A stretch of DNA of 62,151 nucleotides, the filler included, from Nemertoderma westbladi (Eukaryota > Animalia > Xenacoelomorpha): assembly GCA_032718475.1 (NCBI GenBank). It is 3 parts of 3 records of this genome, joined end to end, with 100 filler letters (N's around TTAATTAATTAA, not from the genome) between each part and the next. Parts side by side here need not be neighbours in the genome. Positions count along the whole stretch, not along the records: positions 1 to 29,128 come from JAUCBJ010008554.1; positions 29,229 to 56,974 come from JAUCBJ010003417.1; 1 more part is not named here. One strand, written 5' to 3'. Below the pieces are notes generated by a model. That model saw only the letters and a program-made list of their open reading frames with translations. It was not told the DNA's origin and did not search any database. The translations under genes and the position numbers were made by a program. Below are positions 23,136 to 35,640 of the stretch, in pieces. Position 1 is the first letter of the stretch. Each line of letters opens with the position of its first letter.

Positions 23136-26100
23136 CAGTCGGTGAGAAGTCAAAAATTGGACTTGAGTCCAAAATTGGACTTCGACTCCAGTTCAAGTCC
23201 AAAATTGGACTTCTGTGAGTCCAATATTGGACTTCAAATCAGCCAATTGTTCCAGGGCCTTGGGTAATTGGATCGGGCGGGATTTTTTTTTTTTAATCGA
23301 AAATATATCAAAAAATAAGAGTTTTGAACAGGGGGACCTGAAATTCACCAGGGGGAACTTTTTTTATAAGGCTTTGAATTTTTACAAAAGTCCAATATTG
23401 GACTTTAAGTCTAATTTTGGATGTGACATTGAGAATCAAACTTAAAGGTACATGAAGCATGACAGATGAGAGACAGCCAGACAGCTATTAAGTTATGGAA
23501 AGTTACCTTTGCAGCTCTGTCTGTATGTATCTTCAGACTGTACTTAGAATATAGGCTAAATGGTACATTCTAGCATTCTAGGTACTTTGTACTTTACTTT
23601 TAGCATATTGTTTACATTCATGTTATGTCTAACCTTACAGCCTTATGTACCCAGGATTTTAGAGCAGTAGAGTCTTTAGGACTAGATTAGATTATGCTCC
23701 AACAAATATTTAATTACAAATTATATTTGGTGGAAACTGGTAGCAATGCCAGGTTTGCCAACAACAGCTGCTGCTAAGGCTAACTACAGTACAAGCTATG
23801 ATTTCGTCTAAGCCTATGGGAGACCTATCAGAAAGAAATACTACAAGTTGATGCTACCACCATCTCTTCTAATTTTTCCATACAACAGGAAGGGTGTTTT
23901 AAAACAGCTGTATAATGAAAGGGGGTTAGTAACTGATTAACATGTTGGGGTCTCCACATAATAAGTACAGAAGTATAAAGTAACACACGTCATAATTATA
24001 AACCAATTGAGGGAAAGGAACAGGTTACAGAGGCAGGCTTTTCTAACTAAAGCAATAAACGGCCACTTTTGACTTTACCAATTGAAGGAGCCCTATCACC
24101 TCACCACATACTACTACTACAATCGGCATGCTGCATTACAGCTGCATTATATATATAGACCCTATTACTGTATTAACCCAGTAAAAAATCCGCATTCGTA
24201 ACGCATGGGATGGCGCATATTTCACGCATTCGTAACGCATTCTGAAATGTTACATAGATGAACCATGCGATACGAATGCGAAAACCGAACCAAATACGCA
24301 TCCTTTATTCGCATATCGAATGTTATACGAACCTTATTCGAATCCCGCACATTCTACGAATGCGTCCCTAATCTTATACGAATGTTTCCCGCACACGATA
24401 CGAATGCGTCCCACATGTTATATACGAATGTTTCCCATGCTATACAAATGCGTTACGAATGTTTTACGAGTGTTATACGAATGTTTACCGCAGGATTTTT
24501 ATTTTTTTATTATTTCGCTACAGTTTACATAGTTTTAACAGTTTACAACTGATAAAACGTGTCCATTTTATTTTATTTTTTTTAAATATACTTGATATTC
24601 CGAATCGAATATGAAAGCCATTTTCAATTTCCCCAAAAAAATGTTCAGATATTATTCAAGAGCACGCAATTTCAGACGTGAATCGTTATAGTTATTATTA
24701 TACTTATTAATTATTATTGATGGTTTATTATTTTTTATGATATTTTATTATGATATTATTTTATTATTATATTATATTATTTTATTATTATATATATTTT
24801 CATTATTATTATATATATATTTTATTACTTATTATCGAAAAAAAGCGAATTAATATTCTAGAATATAGTAAAAAAAACATTGAAATTATGTTGATGCATC
24901 TCATAAAATGTATGCATTTGATGTATTTTGTCTGTAAGATTTTTATACCATTAATAAGTGTAGGGCCTACTGTAGCAGTAACCGGTAATTAACTGCTACA
25001 GTATATCAGTAGACTTTTTAATGGCTTTTTATAGCGAATTAAACAAATTCGACTTGGAGGCCTAAGAAACTGTGTGAGAATATCACGTACATACGCGATA
25101 CGCGAAATACACACGTACAATTTAATAAAAATGCCACATGCTTTATAATATGTATTGGTACTGTACTGTAGGCCAGGTGAGATAAATATTGACAACATAA
25201 AACTACTGTAATAACTTTGGGAAATGAGTACTACTGTACAGGGGCTAAAACTATGGGTGGGGGGGGGGGGGGGGGGGGGGTGCCTAGTGCCTACATACTA
25301 TAAGTATGCCTACATACTGTAGTTCGTTAAGTTAATACAGTAGTTTTATGTTGTCATTATTTATCTCACCTACCCTACAGTGCATAACCTTTATATTATT
25401 ACAGTATATCAAGCATGTTGGTAAAGGGAACAGGTTTATATACCAAAATAATGGGGAACCAAAATAATAAGTGGGAGTTGAGAATTACTGGGCAACCCAT
25501 TAAATAAATATATAGTAAAAGTACATAGGACTGGCTGACTGTTAACAAAGGGGGAGAGCTACTAAAACTAATAACACTACTGTATGTTCGATTATTTGCC
25601 GAATGGTGATTGGTCAGTATTACAGTCTGTACGGTACTCTAATTGAGAGTGCTTTGCATGCGTATCACATGCGTCACGAATGGACCACGAATAATTTTAA
25701 GCGTGGCGTGGCTAAGCATTCGTATCGCATGTGGTACGAACGAATGAACCACGAATTATTTTTTGTGTGGAGTGGAAGCATTCGTATCGCATGTGCCACG
25801 AATGATGAGCCACGAATATATTTACAAGTGAAATCTCACATGCGATACGAATACTATACGCATTCGTTAAATTATTCGGACTGACGAACCATTGACGAAG
25901 GCTTCACGAATCTTAAATAACATTGCACGCACCTTTTACGAATGCTGCATGTGGTACGAATGCGTTACGCATGGGGATTTTTTACTGGGAAGAATGCTGT
26001 GCCGGCTTGTTGACAAAAGTGCGCCTCCACAACTCCCTTCAGCTCTTACACTCTTACAGCCTTATCACCCATGACGTACATTTGCTAGATCATCCGCATT

Positions 26101-26785
26101 TTCAAGGCCAGTGTCCTTTAAGACAGTAAGAAAGATGCGTCTCAAGAAAGTCATGGGCTGTCCACCATGCTTATTCACTCCATGAGGTGCACTGGCTGGT
26201 CCTCACGGCTTAAAAGCGATGTCCTGCAAAGCGGAGGCGGCTTTGTTCTAGTGTCAAGCTTGGGGGAACCAATGACCGAATGAGACACCTCCAACTCCAA
26301 TGTTATATTGTGTCTGGTTGGAGTAGATGCAGAGATGTGTATATTGTACTTGACACAGTGAACCTAATCAAAACAATTAGTCAATAAACATTAACTCAAT
26401 TACATAATAGGTTACAGTTTTCAGTAGTCTTATTTTTGCCATAGGCCCTACGAAAATACTACAGGTATGGGTATGAATGAACTATACAGCTATAACTCAA
26501 CTACCGCTACCGCGGTATACACTGCTAAGGAAGTAAGGCTACCGCAAAGCCATATAATAAGCCTTATAATAATTAATTTGATCATTAAAATAATGTTGCA
26601 TTGTAATTATGTAATATATATGTACTGATATGGGATGCAGTTTTGATTTAAATACCGATATACAGTATGGCAGCATGGGTACACTTGGAGTTGTACTAAA
26701 GTCCAATATTGGACTTTGGAGTCCAAAATTGGACTTGAAGTCTAAAATTGGACTTGAAGTCCAATTTTTGACTTCTCACCGACTG
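23136..26785. mobile_element. DNA transposon with CAGTCGG termini and 5-bp TSD (Transib-like TSD length)
   Basis: TIR CAGTCGGTGAGAAGTCAAAAATTGGACTT; subterminal AAGTCCAA.ATTGGACTT palindromes; TSD ACAGA. Confidence 0.82.
24177..25989. mobile_element. CMC/EnSpm-like non-autonomous element (CCC termini, 2-bp TSD)
   Basis: TIR CCCAGTAAAAAATCC; TSD AA; many subterminal CGAATG/CATTCG repeats. Confidence 0.82.
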
Positions 26786-26898
26786 ACAGAGGCGTGTTGG
26801 CAGTTGGGGGAACCAAAACAATAAACGATTAAGTTAACAGATGTTACAAGATTATGCAGGTTACTTTTATTTAAATGCTGAAAGGAGCAGGTTACAGA

Positions 26899-27809
26899 CC
26901 AGGCAGCCAGGTTGGAATTCATGCATGAGCGCGCAGGTACGCTTTGTTGTTTTGAAATCACCGCGCACCTGAAATTGGCTCGTCGCGCACCTCATCATAT
27001 GTCATAATCCAAACAAAATCGCGCAGCTCATGTCATGCATATCTCAAAAAATCGCACAGTTCATAAGAACAATTTTACATTCCTATTTTACAAGTTTGAG
27101 CGTTTTAAGCTTATCTTTACGTCTGTCTGTCTGTACGTTGAATCTAGGCTTACATAATAAATGTAATTTTTGCAACATCAAAATTGTTAATATTAAAAAA
27201 TATTTTTTTAATCCACTACTATGGTGGCCCATCGGGCTCACTGCTTTTATAACAGAAAATATTATTTTAGATTACAAACAAAACATGTACCGGTAATTTC
27301 AAAAAAACGAATATTGAAATAGGTACCAGTCTGCCAATAATACTTTGTATAGGCCTACCTAACAATTAGGCTTAAACATACAGTTGGCTTATAATTAAGT
27401 CATACTTATAATACATTGTTACTTTCTGACTTTACCTGTTTACTAACGTAACATCGGCATAGCATAGACCTAATAACAATACAACAATAGAGTACTGTAG
27501 TTAAAATAAATAGACAAATTCAGCTCCGGTTGCCGGTATTACAGTATTATGGTGAAGTGATTTGACTGTTTGAAGAATTGGAAATGAGAAACTAATGCGA
27601 GCGCAGCGAGCTAAAATTTTATTGTGTATTTTCGTGATTTCAATTAATTTGTGGTGCGCATCAGAGGCAGAGCTGCGCGCTGAGGCGCAACGCGCACCTG
27701 TCTCACACCCGAACGCCCACCTGTCTCACCCAAACGCGCAACGCGCATCTGGTTTGCGGTCATTCGCGCAGGTACGCGTCCGAGTTTTGCAGCATGAATT
27801 CCAACCTGG
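26899..27809. mobile_element. hAT-like MITE with 8-bp TSD
   Basis: TIR CCAGGTTGGAATTCATGC (left end has a small local duplication); TSD GTTACAGA at 26891-26898 and 27810-27817. Confidence 0.78.
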
Positions 27810-28360
27810 GTTACAGAGGCGTGTTGGGGGAACCAAAACAATAAACGAAAGTTAACACATGTTACAAGATTGCAGGTCACTTAATTGGTTAATTGGGTCT
27901 TTGTTTTGTACTCACCAACACCAAACTGTTTCTTCCTGTAAATAAATGAAGCATTTCATCGGTTAATTCCTGAAATCAAAACACAACTGAAATAAATGTA
28001 TGTTACATTCGAGCTTAGTAATTTGTAGATCGACATGTAACATAGTTATAGGATCCAATGTAACATAATTGAGGTTACGTTCAATTCGTAAAAACTATGT
28101 TACATTCGATCCTGATTACGTTCGGTCTGTCACCCGGTACGGGGTAGGCAGGTAGGTACGGTAGGCCTACCGGTCAACCGGTAACCTTTCAGCCTTTTCA
28201 ACTGTCTGACTATTTAATATTCATTTATTATAATAAAAGTTTGAAGTTTTGAGTACCGTACTGCCGTACCGGTATGCCGAGCGTAGACCGTAGACAAGCG
28301 TTAGCGTTAGGCCTATACTGTTATAGGCCTAACTGCTATTACTGAATATGCCTTACTGGA

Positions 28361-28894
28361 CAGTCGGGCTGTCGGGGAGAAGTTATATTTTCAACTGACT
28401 GACTGAGTTGAAATTTCAACTTTATTTTTTAAAATTCAACTTTTTATTAAAATTCAACTTTTGGAGTAGGCCTAGAGTTTAAAATTCAACTTTTTTTTTT
28501 AATTCAACTTTTGGAGTAGCTTTGGAAATACTGAAATATGGAATCCATTACTGGCTGACTGGTATTCCATTGTATAATAATTATGACATTCAGCGGTAAT
28601 TAAATAGGCCTATATCTAATAAATTCCCGTAGTATTTCAGCTAATTTGCAAATGTAATCACTTAAAATGTTTTAAAAAAAGTGTTCCCGACGGTGAAAGT
28701 TTTTATTCCATCGGTAATGAGGGTTGATTTTTCGAGTTACATCCATAAAAACAATAAAAACACCCCTTCTGTCACATCTTGGGGGCCTTCTGCGCCTCCT
28801 GCCATTTTAGAGTTGAATTTACAACTTAAAAGTTGAATTTAAAAAAAAAGTTTTAAATTTCAACTCAGTTGAAATTTGAACTTCTCCCCGACTG
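28361..28894. mobile_element. Second CAGTCGG-terminus MITE with 5-bp TSD
   Basis: TIR (CA)GTCGGGGAGAAGTT / AACTTCTCCCCGACTG; TSD CTGGA at 28356-28360 and 28895-28899; AGTTGAA/TTCAACT subterminal repeats. Confidence 0.8.
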
Positions 28895-29128
28895 CTGGAA
28901 CTGTGGAATAGGTCAGTTCAGTAGGTTCACTAGGTTGATCACTGCTGCAGCTGCACTCACAGACTCAGGCACTGACAGACTGACAACTGACATAGACAGA
29001 TAGACCTACTAATTCATTGTATTGAACAAAAGTTACCGGTATTTTTTAGCGGTACGGTCACGGTAGCCTACGCCTGACCGCAGACCGGTCTGTAATCAGT
29101 AATGTAATGTAATGTAATTGCACTCCAA

Positions 29129-29228
29129 NNNNNNNNNNNNNNNNNNNNNNNNNNNNNNNNNNNNNNNNNNNNTTAATTAATTAANNNNNNNNNNNNNNNN
29201 NNNNNNNNNNNNNNNNNNNNNNNNNNNN
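29129..29228. other. Assembly spacer (N44-TTAATTAATTAA-N44)
   Basis: 100 bp with a six-frame stop linker; artificial. Confidence 0.97.
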
Positions 29229-29882
29229 TCAGCAGACCATCATAGTAGTCTACACTAGAGAAGCCCCTAGCTAAATAGCCTGGGTGTAGAAGAGTGAATA
29301 TAGTGAATATGAGTACGATCACAACAAGTGAGAGAGGTAGCCTGAATTGGCGATGGAACTGCAGTTGAAGAGAGTAGTGGTTAAAAGGAACTCAGGATAT
29401 TATTATCTTTTGAAAAAAGAGCCCCCGCAACAAAAAATTTACAACATAACATGAAAAGCACCACTAAGATCGTTTCTACTTGTAGTACAGTTTGTTGGCT
29501 TGTTCAGGTATATTTAATACAGTATCAAATTTTGGTAATTTTTTGTATCTGATAAAAATTATCTTAGCCAATTTGCATTACCAACCTCTACCTGATACAA
29601 CTACCCCCTTGTACTTGCTGAACTCTGACCTGTGATATCACGTATGGCATAAATAAATATACAAATTCAAAGATTAGCAGATATCTGAGACGAATGTTAA
29701 TAAATTAACTAAATAATGTTGATAAATTTAATTCGTACCATATGAATTATATTTATTATTTTAATTACTTTATATTGAGATAAATGGTGAAACAATAATT
29801 TCAACTGGTATTTACATACTAAGCACAAACGTTAGTGAAGCGAGTTTCTTCACCATAGGCTAATTTCGTATTTATTTGAATT

Positions 29883-31430
29883 ATGAATTCAGTTAACAAA
29901 TATGAAGTCCCCGAAGAGGAGAGTGAGAGTGTCAGTAGCCCCCCAACAGACAACCTTCTACACGCGCAGGTAAGAGTAAGATCAACTCTACAACTGGAAT
30001 CCAGCCACCGGAATCTCTTCCTGGCTGTTACGGTTGCTACCTTGGGATCGTTTGCCTTCGGCTACACCATGGGATTTTCATCGCCGGCTCTACCTTTAAT
30101 GGTTAACGATGGAACCATCGATAAGAATAATGAATCTATAGTTGGAAGTATTGTTACGATTGGATGTTTGGTTGGGGCTTTAATAACTGGAGAGTTAGCC
30201 GAGAGGTTCGGTAGGAAGACAATGCTTATGACATTGACTGTTCCGTATGCGGTGGGGTGGGTTATGGTATGCAGCGCTACTAGAGAACTGTATTACCTAC
30301 TTCTGATTGGTCGGTTATTTACAGGTCTTGGTGTTGGAATGTCCTCATTGGTTGTACCGATGTATGTTTCCGAAATTTCTGTACCACAATATAGAGGATT
30401 GTTGGGGTCAATGTTCCAGCTGACCATCACACTGGGAATTCTTTTAGTTTATGCACTGGGTTGTTTCATAACTAATTGGCGAATATTAGCTCTAATTGGA
30501 ATGACATTTCCGGTGCTTCTGTTATCCATGATTTTTATGACAGAAACTCCTCAGTGGTACTTAAAATTTGACAGATTTGATGACGCTATTGAAGCCTTGG
30601 TTTGGTTGAGACGTAGTAATAGAGAAGATGTTGGTGAAGAAATCAAAGAAATAATCGATAATTTAGAAAAAGGACAAAATGAAAGTTTTAGTCTCAGCGA
30701 TTTTAAGAAACCTCTTGTGTACAAACCGATAATATTAAGTTGTCTAATCTTAGCATTCCAACAATTATCTGGTAATGGCGCCGTAGTAACATATTCTGTG
30801 GACATATTCAAGAGCGCTGGTTTTACCGACAGCGCTTTAGCTAGTGTATACTTAGCAATATTACAGGTGGTTGCGACAATTGTTATGGGTGTTTTGTTGG
30901 ATAAGACTGGTAGAAAGGTTCTGTTGATAGTGTCGGGGATTGGTATGACAATAACAGCTGTGGGCTTCGGTGCATATTTCGCCATTAAAAACTCCCAAAG
31001 CCATAACCACCCACCTACTGGAGAGTTGTCCACTGTTGCTCCCCCTCCCACATACCACTGGTTGGCCTTATCATCTATGCTCCTCTACATAACGTTTTTC
31101 AACCTCGGCTGGGGTGGAACACCATGGATTATAGCTTCCGAAATTTTACCCCAGAAGATAAAGCGCTTCGCAAGCTCCTTGGCCACAGCCTCTATGTGGC
31201 TATCATTGTTTATTGTCGCCCTAGAATTTGATAACATGAACGACAGCCTCGGAGAAGATGTCACATTCTGGATATTTGCTGGTGTAACAGTTTTGGGTGT
31301 TTTATTTGTGGCGTGTTTTCTGCCGGAGACCAAAGGTAAATCCCTGGAAGAGATTGAACTGTATTTTGAAGGTGGGGGAGCGAGGGAAACAGTTCGGGCG
31401 CCCTGGGTGGAAGCGTATCAAGGAGACTAA
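29883..31430 (+). CDS. MFS sugar porter, Tret1/GLUT8 (SLC2A8)-like, intronless
   Basis: 515 aa with ~12 hydrophobic segments; GFSSPA, ERFGRK, GRLFTG, YVSEI..RGLLG, ETPQW, QQLSG, DKTGRK, GWG.PW..SEI.P, PETKGKSLEEIE. Confidence 0.95.
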   Translation: MNSVNKYEVPEEESESVSSPPTDNLLHAQVRVRSTLQLESSHRNLFLAVTVATLGSFAFGYTMGFSSPALPLMVNDGTIDKNNESIVGSIVTIGCLVGALITGELAERFGRKTMLMTLTVPYAVGWVMVCSATRELYYLLLIGRLFTGLGVGMSSLVVPMYVSEISVPQYRGLLGSMFQLTITLGILLVYALGCFITNWRILALIGMTFPVLLLSMIFMTETPQWYLKFDRFDDAIEALVWLRRSNREDVGEEIKEIIDNLEKGQNESFSLSDFKKPLVYKPIILSCLILAFQQLSGNGAVVTYSVDIFKSAGFTDSALASVYLAILQVVATIVMGVLLDKTGRKVLLIVSGIGMTITAVGFGAYFAIKNSQSHNHPPTGELSTVAPPPTYHWLALSSMLLYITFFNLGWGGTPWIIASEILPQKIKRFASSLATASMWLSLFIVALEFDNMNDSLGEDVTFWIFAGVTVLGVLFVACFLPETKGKSLEEIELYFEGGGARETVRAPWVEAYQGD

Positions 31431-31654
31431 ATGAGATCTCGGAGAATGGAAGAACGAGAATGGACATTCTTGTGTACAATATTAAACACGATGTGATACA
31501 ATTGTTGCAAATTAATGAATAAATTACCATGAATAATAACTTAAACTGAAAATTCAAATTTTACATAATTAACGAGTTTTTAAATGTTCTTTATATTAAT
31601 GCGGGAGAATAAACTAGAAAATAAAGTAAGGTACGAAAAAGACACAAAAAAACC

Positions 31655-31720
31655 TGACCTGGGATCGAACCCGTCACTTTCACATCTCAAGTCTGGCGAT
31701 TTACCGAGTGAGCTAACTGA
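31655..31720 (-). other. tRNA-like fragment (SINE head or tRNA pseudogene)
   Basis: Minus strand reads TAGCTCACTCGGTAAA...GGGTTCGATCCCAGG (A and B boxes); the cloverleaf is not convincing. Confidence 0.5.
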
Positions 31721-31864
31721 GATAAATCACAAGAACAATGACAAGAATTACATTATTAAGGGTCGCTCTTTCCTACAACAACTACCTACCTCTATAATAA
31801 AGAGGCAATTTCGTTATAAATATAAATGTTATTATAAATATTCGCTATAAATGTCCCCTTTTAG

Positions 31865-32633
31865 CAACTGAAGGGAACGTAGTCTCTCAACGTAACGTAA
31901 CGGCTTACAACTGAAGGGAACGTAGTCTCTCAACGTAACGTAACGGCTTACAACTGAAGGGAACGTAGTCTCTCAACGTAACGTAACGGCTTACAACTGA
32001 AGGAAACGTAGTCTCTCAACGTAACGTAACGGCTTACAACTGAAGGGAACGTAGTCTCTCAACGTAACGTAACGGCTTACAACTGAAGGAAACGTAGTCT
32101 CTCAACGTAACGTAACGGCTTACAACTGAAGGGAACGTAGTCTCTCAACGTAACGTAACGGCTTACAACTGAAGGGAACGTAGTCTCTCAACGTAACGTA
32201 ACGGCTTACAACTGAAGGAAACGTAGTCTCTCAACGTAACGTAACGGCTTACAACTGAAGGGAACGTAGTCTCTCAACGTAATGTAACGGCTTACAACTG
32301 AAGGGAACGTAGTCTCTCAACGTAACGTAACGGCTTACAACTGAAGGAAACGTAGTCTCTCAACGTAACGTAACGGCTTACAACTGAAGGGAACGTAGTC
32401 TCTCAACGTAACGTAACGGCTTACAACTGAAGGGAACGTAGTCTCTCAACGTAACGTAACGGCTTACAACTGAAGGGAACGTAGTCTCTCAACGTAACGT
32501 AACGGCGTACAACTGAAGGGAACGTAGTCTCTCAACGTAACGGCTTACAACTGAAGGGAACGTAGTCTCTCAACGTAACGTAACGGCTTACAACTGAAGG
32601 GAACGTAGTCTCTCAACGTAACGTAACGGCTTA
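31865..32633. repeat. 43-bp minisatellite, 18 copies
   Basis: CAACTGAAGGGAACGTAGTCTCTCAACGTAACGTAACGGCTTA head-to-tail with no spacers; one 38-bp unit. Confidence 0.98.
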
Positions 32634-33022
32634 CAACAATTGTCATCCTCGAAATTCATCGTTGTTAGATTGATTTGGTGACGTCATAAGATACGTTGCA
32701 TTGCATATTCACACTCGTCGTATAAGACTCATTACAATATATTCATATTGTTATAGATAGATAGATTAATTTAAACATTATGTAAAAACAATAACAAATA
32801 CACCAAACAATGTACCGGTATAAAGGTATTGTCCAACATAACATATAGGATTACCCCTAAACCTTTGCAGCTTATTTCCAAGGGGGTTCTTTGTTTTACT
32901 TAAGAATATATAATATATTAGATATTCGAATATAAGGAGTATAATATATTCATTTCCCAAAAAAATAAATATTAGGTAAAATAATTTTAGTTGAACTAAA
33001 TTTGCATATTAAACTCCCTTAC

Positions 33023-33502
33023 CTCGGCGCCGTGACGGAGTGTGGCCACGTTCTCATCCGATCGCCACAACGCGCCTCGATGGGGCAAGTCTGAATCAAC
33101 CGCGAGCGCCTGCCGCTGGATGGCGTCCAGCAACGCGTCGGGACTAAGCAACGCGGAATCCCTCACGACGGACAACAGCTCGGAGAGCGGCACGATGGTA
33201 AACCGAACGGCGGAGGCGACCAGATCCACGGAGCAGCCGGGATTCGCCGAGATCCACTGACGAACCGTCGCGAAGATCTCCACCTCGGGCGCGTAGAAGG
33301 AGTCCCGTCGGACGAGACGCACCAGCGAGGACTGCGACAGGCCGAGGAACTGTTCGTGACGGAGGATGTCCCGGGCATTCCGATCGAGGAAATCGAGACA
33401 ACTCGAGGCGAGATCTTCCAGCATGTAGAGATTCGCCGCGTCGTAGATTACGCAGGCCGTGTCCGTCTCCAGACGGCCCTGTAGGTAGGCTGATATAGAG
33501 AC
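33023..33502 (-). CDS. BTBD9: BTBD9 second coding exon (BACK domain)
   Basis: Acceptor CTTACAG in phase 0 with exon 1 (DLE|VSISAYL); ACVIYDAANLY..RDSFYAPEVEIF..LLSVVRDSALLSPDALLDAI..ENVAT.HGAE; donor GTAAG at 33022. Downstream exons not found. Confidence 0.9.
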
Positions 33503-35640
33503 CTGTAAGGGTGGGAATTTAAAGATTATTAAGTAAATTATAACTCGATCAACGTCTGTTCCTGCTTTTCCCGACGCGCGGCTCGCATCCTTTAGATAAA
33601 ACATAAGATAAAAAAGGGTACCGTAGTGGAATTTTTGAGTAAAGTTAGGCAGTGGAAAGCGGTAATGTGGAATAAGTCGGCCCTACATACTAAATAACAC
33701 GAGTGAGGAGGGCCTTCGTGCAGCAGAAGCTCCAAGCCATATCAGCGAACAATTATAATTATACTATGGCTAGTTACATAATCTGATATTGGAGGGCCAC
33801 CGAGGTTAATCAAGGGTCGAGAGAATAAGGTATACATTTTGACATGTAAAAAGATGATAACTGTACGTACGTACATAAACCATGTCCTGGAATATAGTGT
33901 CGTTATTCAGGAACCTGCCCCCTCCCCCCAAAAAAAATTTGTAACAGAGTTAGTTTCATCTCCCTCCTCCTCCGTGTGTGAGCTAGAATTTTTATTTTTG
34001 CTTTCAAACTTTAGCTACAAGCGTTTGAAAAAAGTTTCTCGGGCGAGGGGATCTACTAATGTTCAGAACATTCACCATACCAAAAAAGCATTAAAAAACA
34101 CTAAAAAGGACTGCTGAAAAAAATGTGTCAGCAGGGTTAAGTAGAGATCCTTTTACTTTACTCGTTTACCTCACATTTAACGCGATAACTTAGTTACGTT
34201 CAAACTTTTAATTTAAAAGTTAATATTTTAAAGAAAACAACAACTTTTATAAAAATATTTTTTATCCACTTTGTAATCCACATTTCCTCGAAATACCGGT
34301 AAAAGGAATTTTTCCTCGAAACAAAAATTCTTTTACTACGCGAAATAAAAAGTCGGACAAAAAAGGTTACTTTCTTTTTGTAAAATAAATACTTATTTTA
34401 TTTTTACGCATTCGTGATCAGAGATCAGGGGCCAAGATCGAACACATTTTCCAAGAAAATACCCAATTCTAGGTGAGAAAAAATATTGGAAGTGGGGAAT
34501 ACCAAACTGGGTATTCCGGATTTGTAAACAAATGTTAAAGAATCGACATTAAGACAGGTTATATAGACAGTAGAAAGTAAACACATGGTTTGATAAGATA
34601 TAATTTCTTGGGCTACGGTTCCGTGATATGCCACTCACTACATTTTATCTACAAAAAGTTAAAAAAGTGTTTTAATTAATACCAGTACATATGGTGTTAC
34701 ATTTTTCAGATAGCTAGTGTTTTTTATGGCGCTATAGGAAAAATAATTATTTAATACATGGGAAATAAAGTAGAACTTTTTTTTCACTATTCTCGAGGCA
34801 TTTTATTTACCGAGCATCAGCGAGGTTAATAAAGGGTCGAGGGAATCTCGTGTTTTTTCCCATGTAATACGTAATTTTATTCTTAAATTGCTACTTTTTG
34901 TTGCTTAATTCTTTAATAAAACGTACAGCGATATATAGTGGTACAAAATAAATTGAACTATAATAGTATTTTACTATATTGCTTCCATAGTTACTGCGAT
35001 TCCAATTATTGTACTCTTCCAACTCCTGATGCTGCCTTACTCAATGTTACATAATTTAGTGACCTCGAATAATTATTACGTAACTAAAGAGCCGCTTAAC
35101 TACATAAAATATGTCAAAATTGGATATTGAGTTCGCCTTGCAGACACTAAAGTTGCAATAACTTTTGAATGTGTGAAATAAAATTTAAGAAATTCAACCA
35201 AAAATATTTAATTTTACTTTTTTCGCCGGGAAAAAAAGTAAAATCAATGTAATCCTACGGGATACTTTTTTCCCTAGGGAAAAAAGTGAAACTTTTTCTC
35301 CCGATTTTGGTCTAAATTCGAGCGAAAAGTAACAATTTAAGAATAAAATACAACATTTTGGCATTAGTATAGTCTAGTTTTGGTTAGAAAACACCACCAG
35401 TGTAACCTCCTCCTTTCCCTTAATGTTATCAATCAAATGAAATTAATTCTAGAAATATACTAAACACACATTTGGTGTTTACGGTAATTCTGCTCAATTG
35501 ACTCGTATTTTGATGGTACTATTCTAGAACATATCCTTATGTATTTTGGGGGTACTATTGAGGGTACTATTTTAAAGGGTACAACATCTCCATCAACGAC
35601 TGTCTGAAGACAGGTCCGAACCTCCTCCCGCTACTCTTAC

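Larger units (their letters stand above)
22689..28135. mobile_element. MULE-like MITE (long TIR, 9-bp TSD) expanded by four nested insertions
   Basis: TIR GG..GACCGAACGTAATCAGGATCGAATGTAACATAG at both ends; TSD GGTACGGGG at 22680-22688 and 28136-28144; an uninterrupted relative lies at 51438-51943. Confidence 0.85.

Noticed and set aside
29129-29228. TTAATTAATTAA palindrome within N runs (also 56975-57074)
   Set aside because: Artificial six-frame-stop contig linker; adjacency across it is not guaranteed.
31865-32633. CRISPR-like regular array
   Set aside because: Units are head-to-tail with no unique spacers, there are no cas genes, and the context is eukaryotic; it is a minisatellite.
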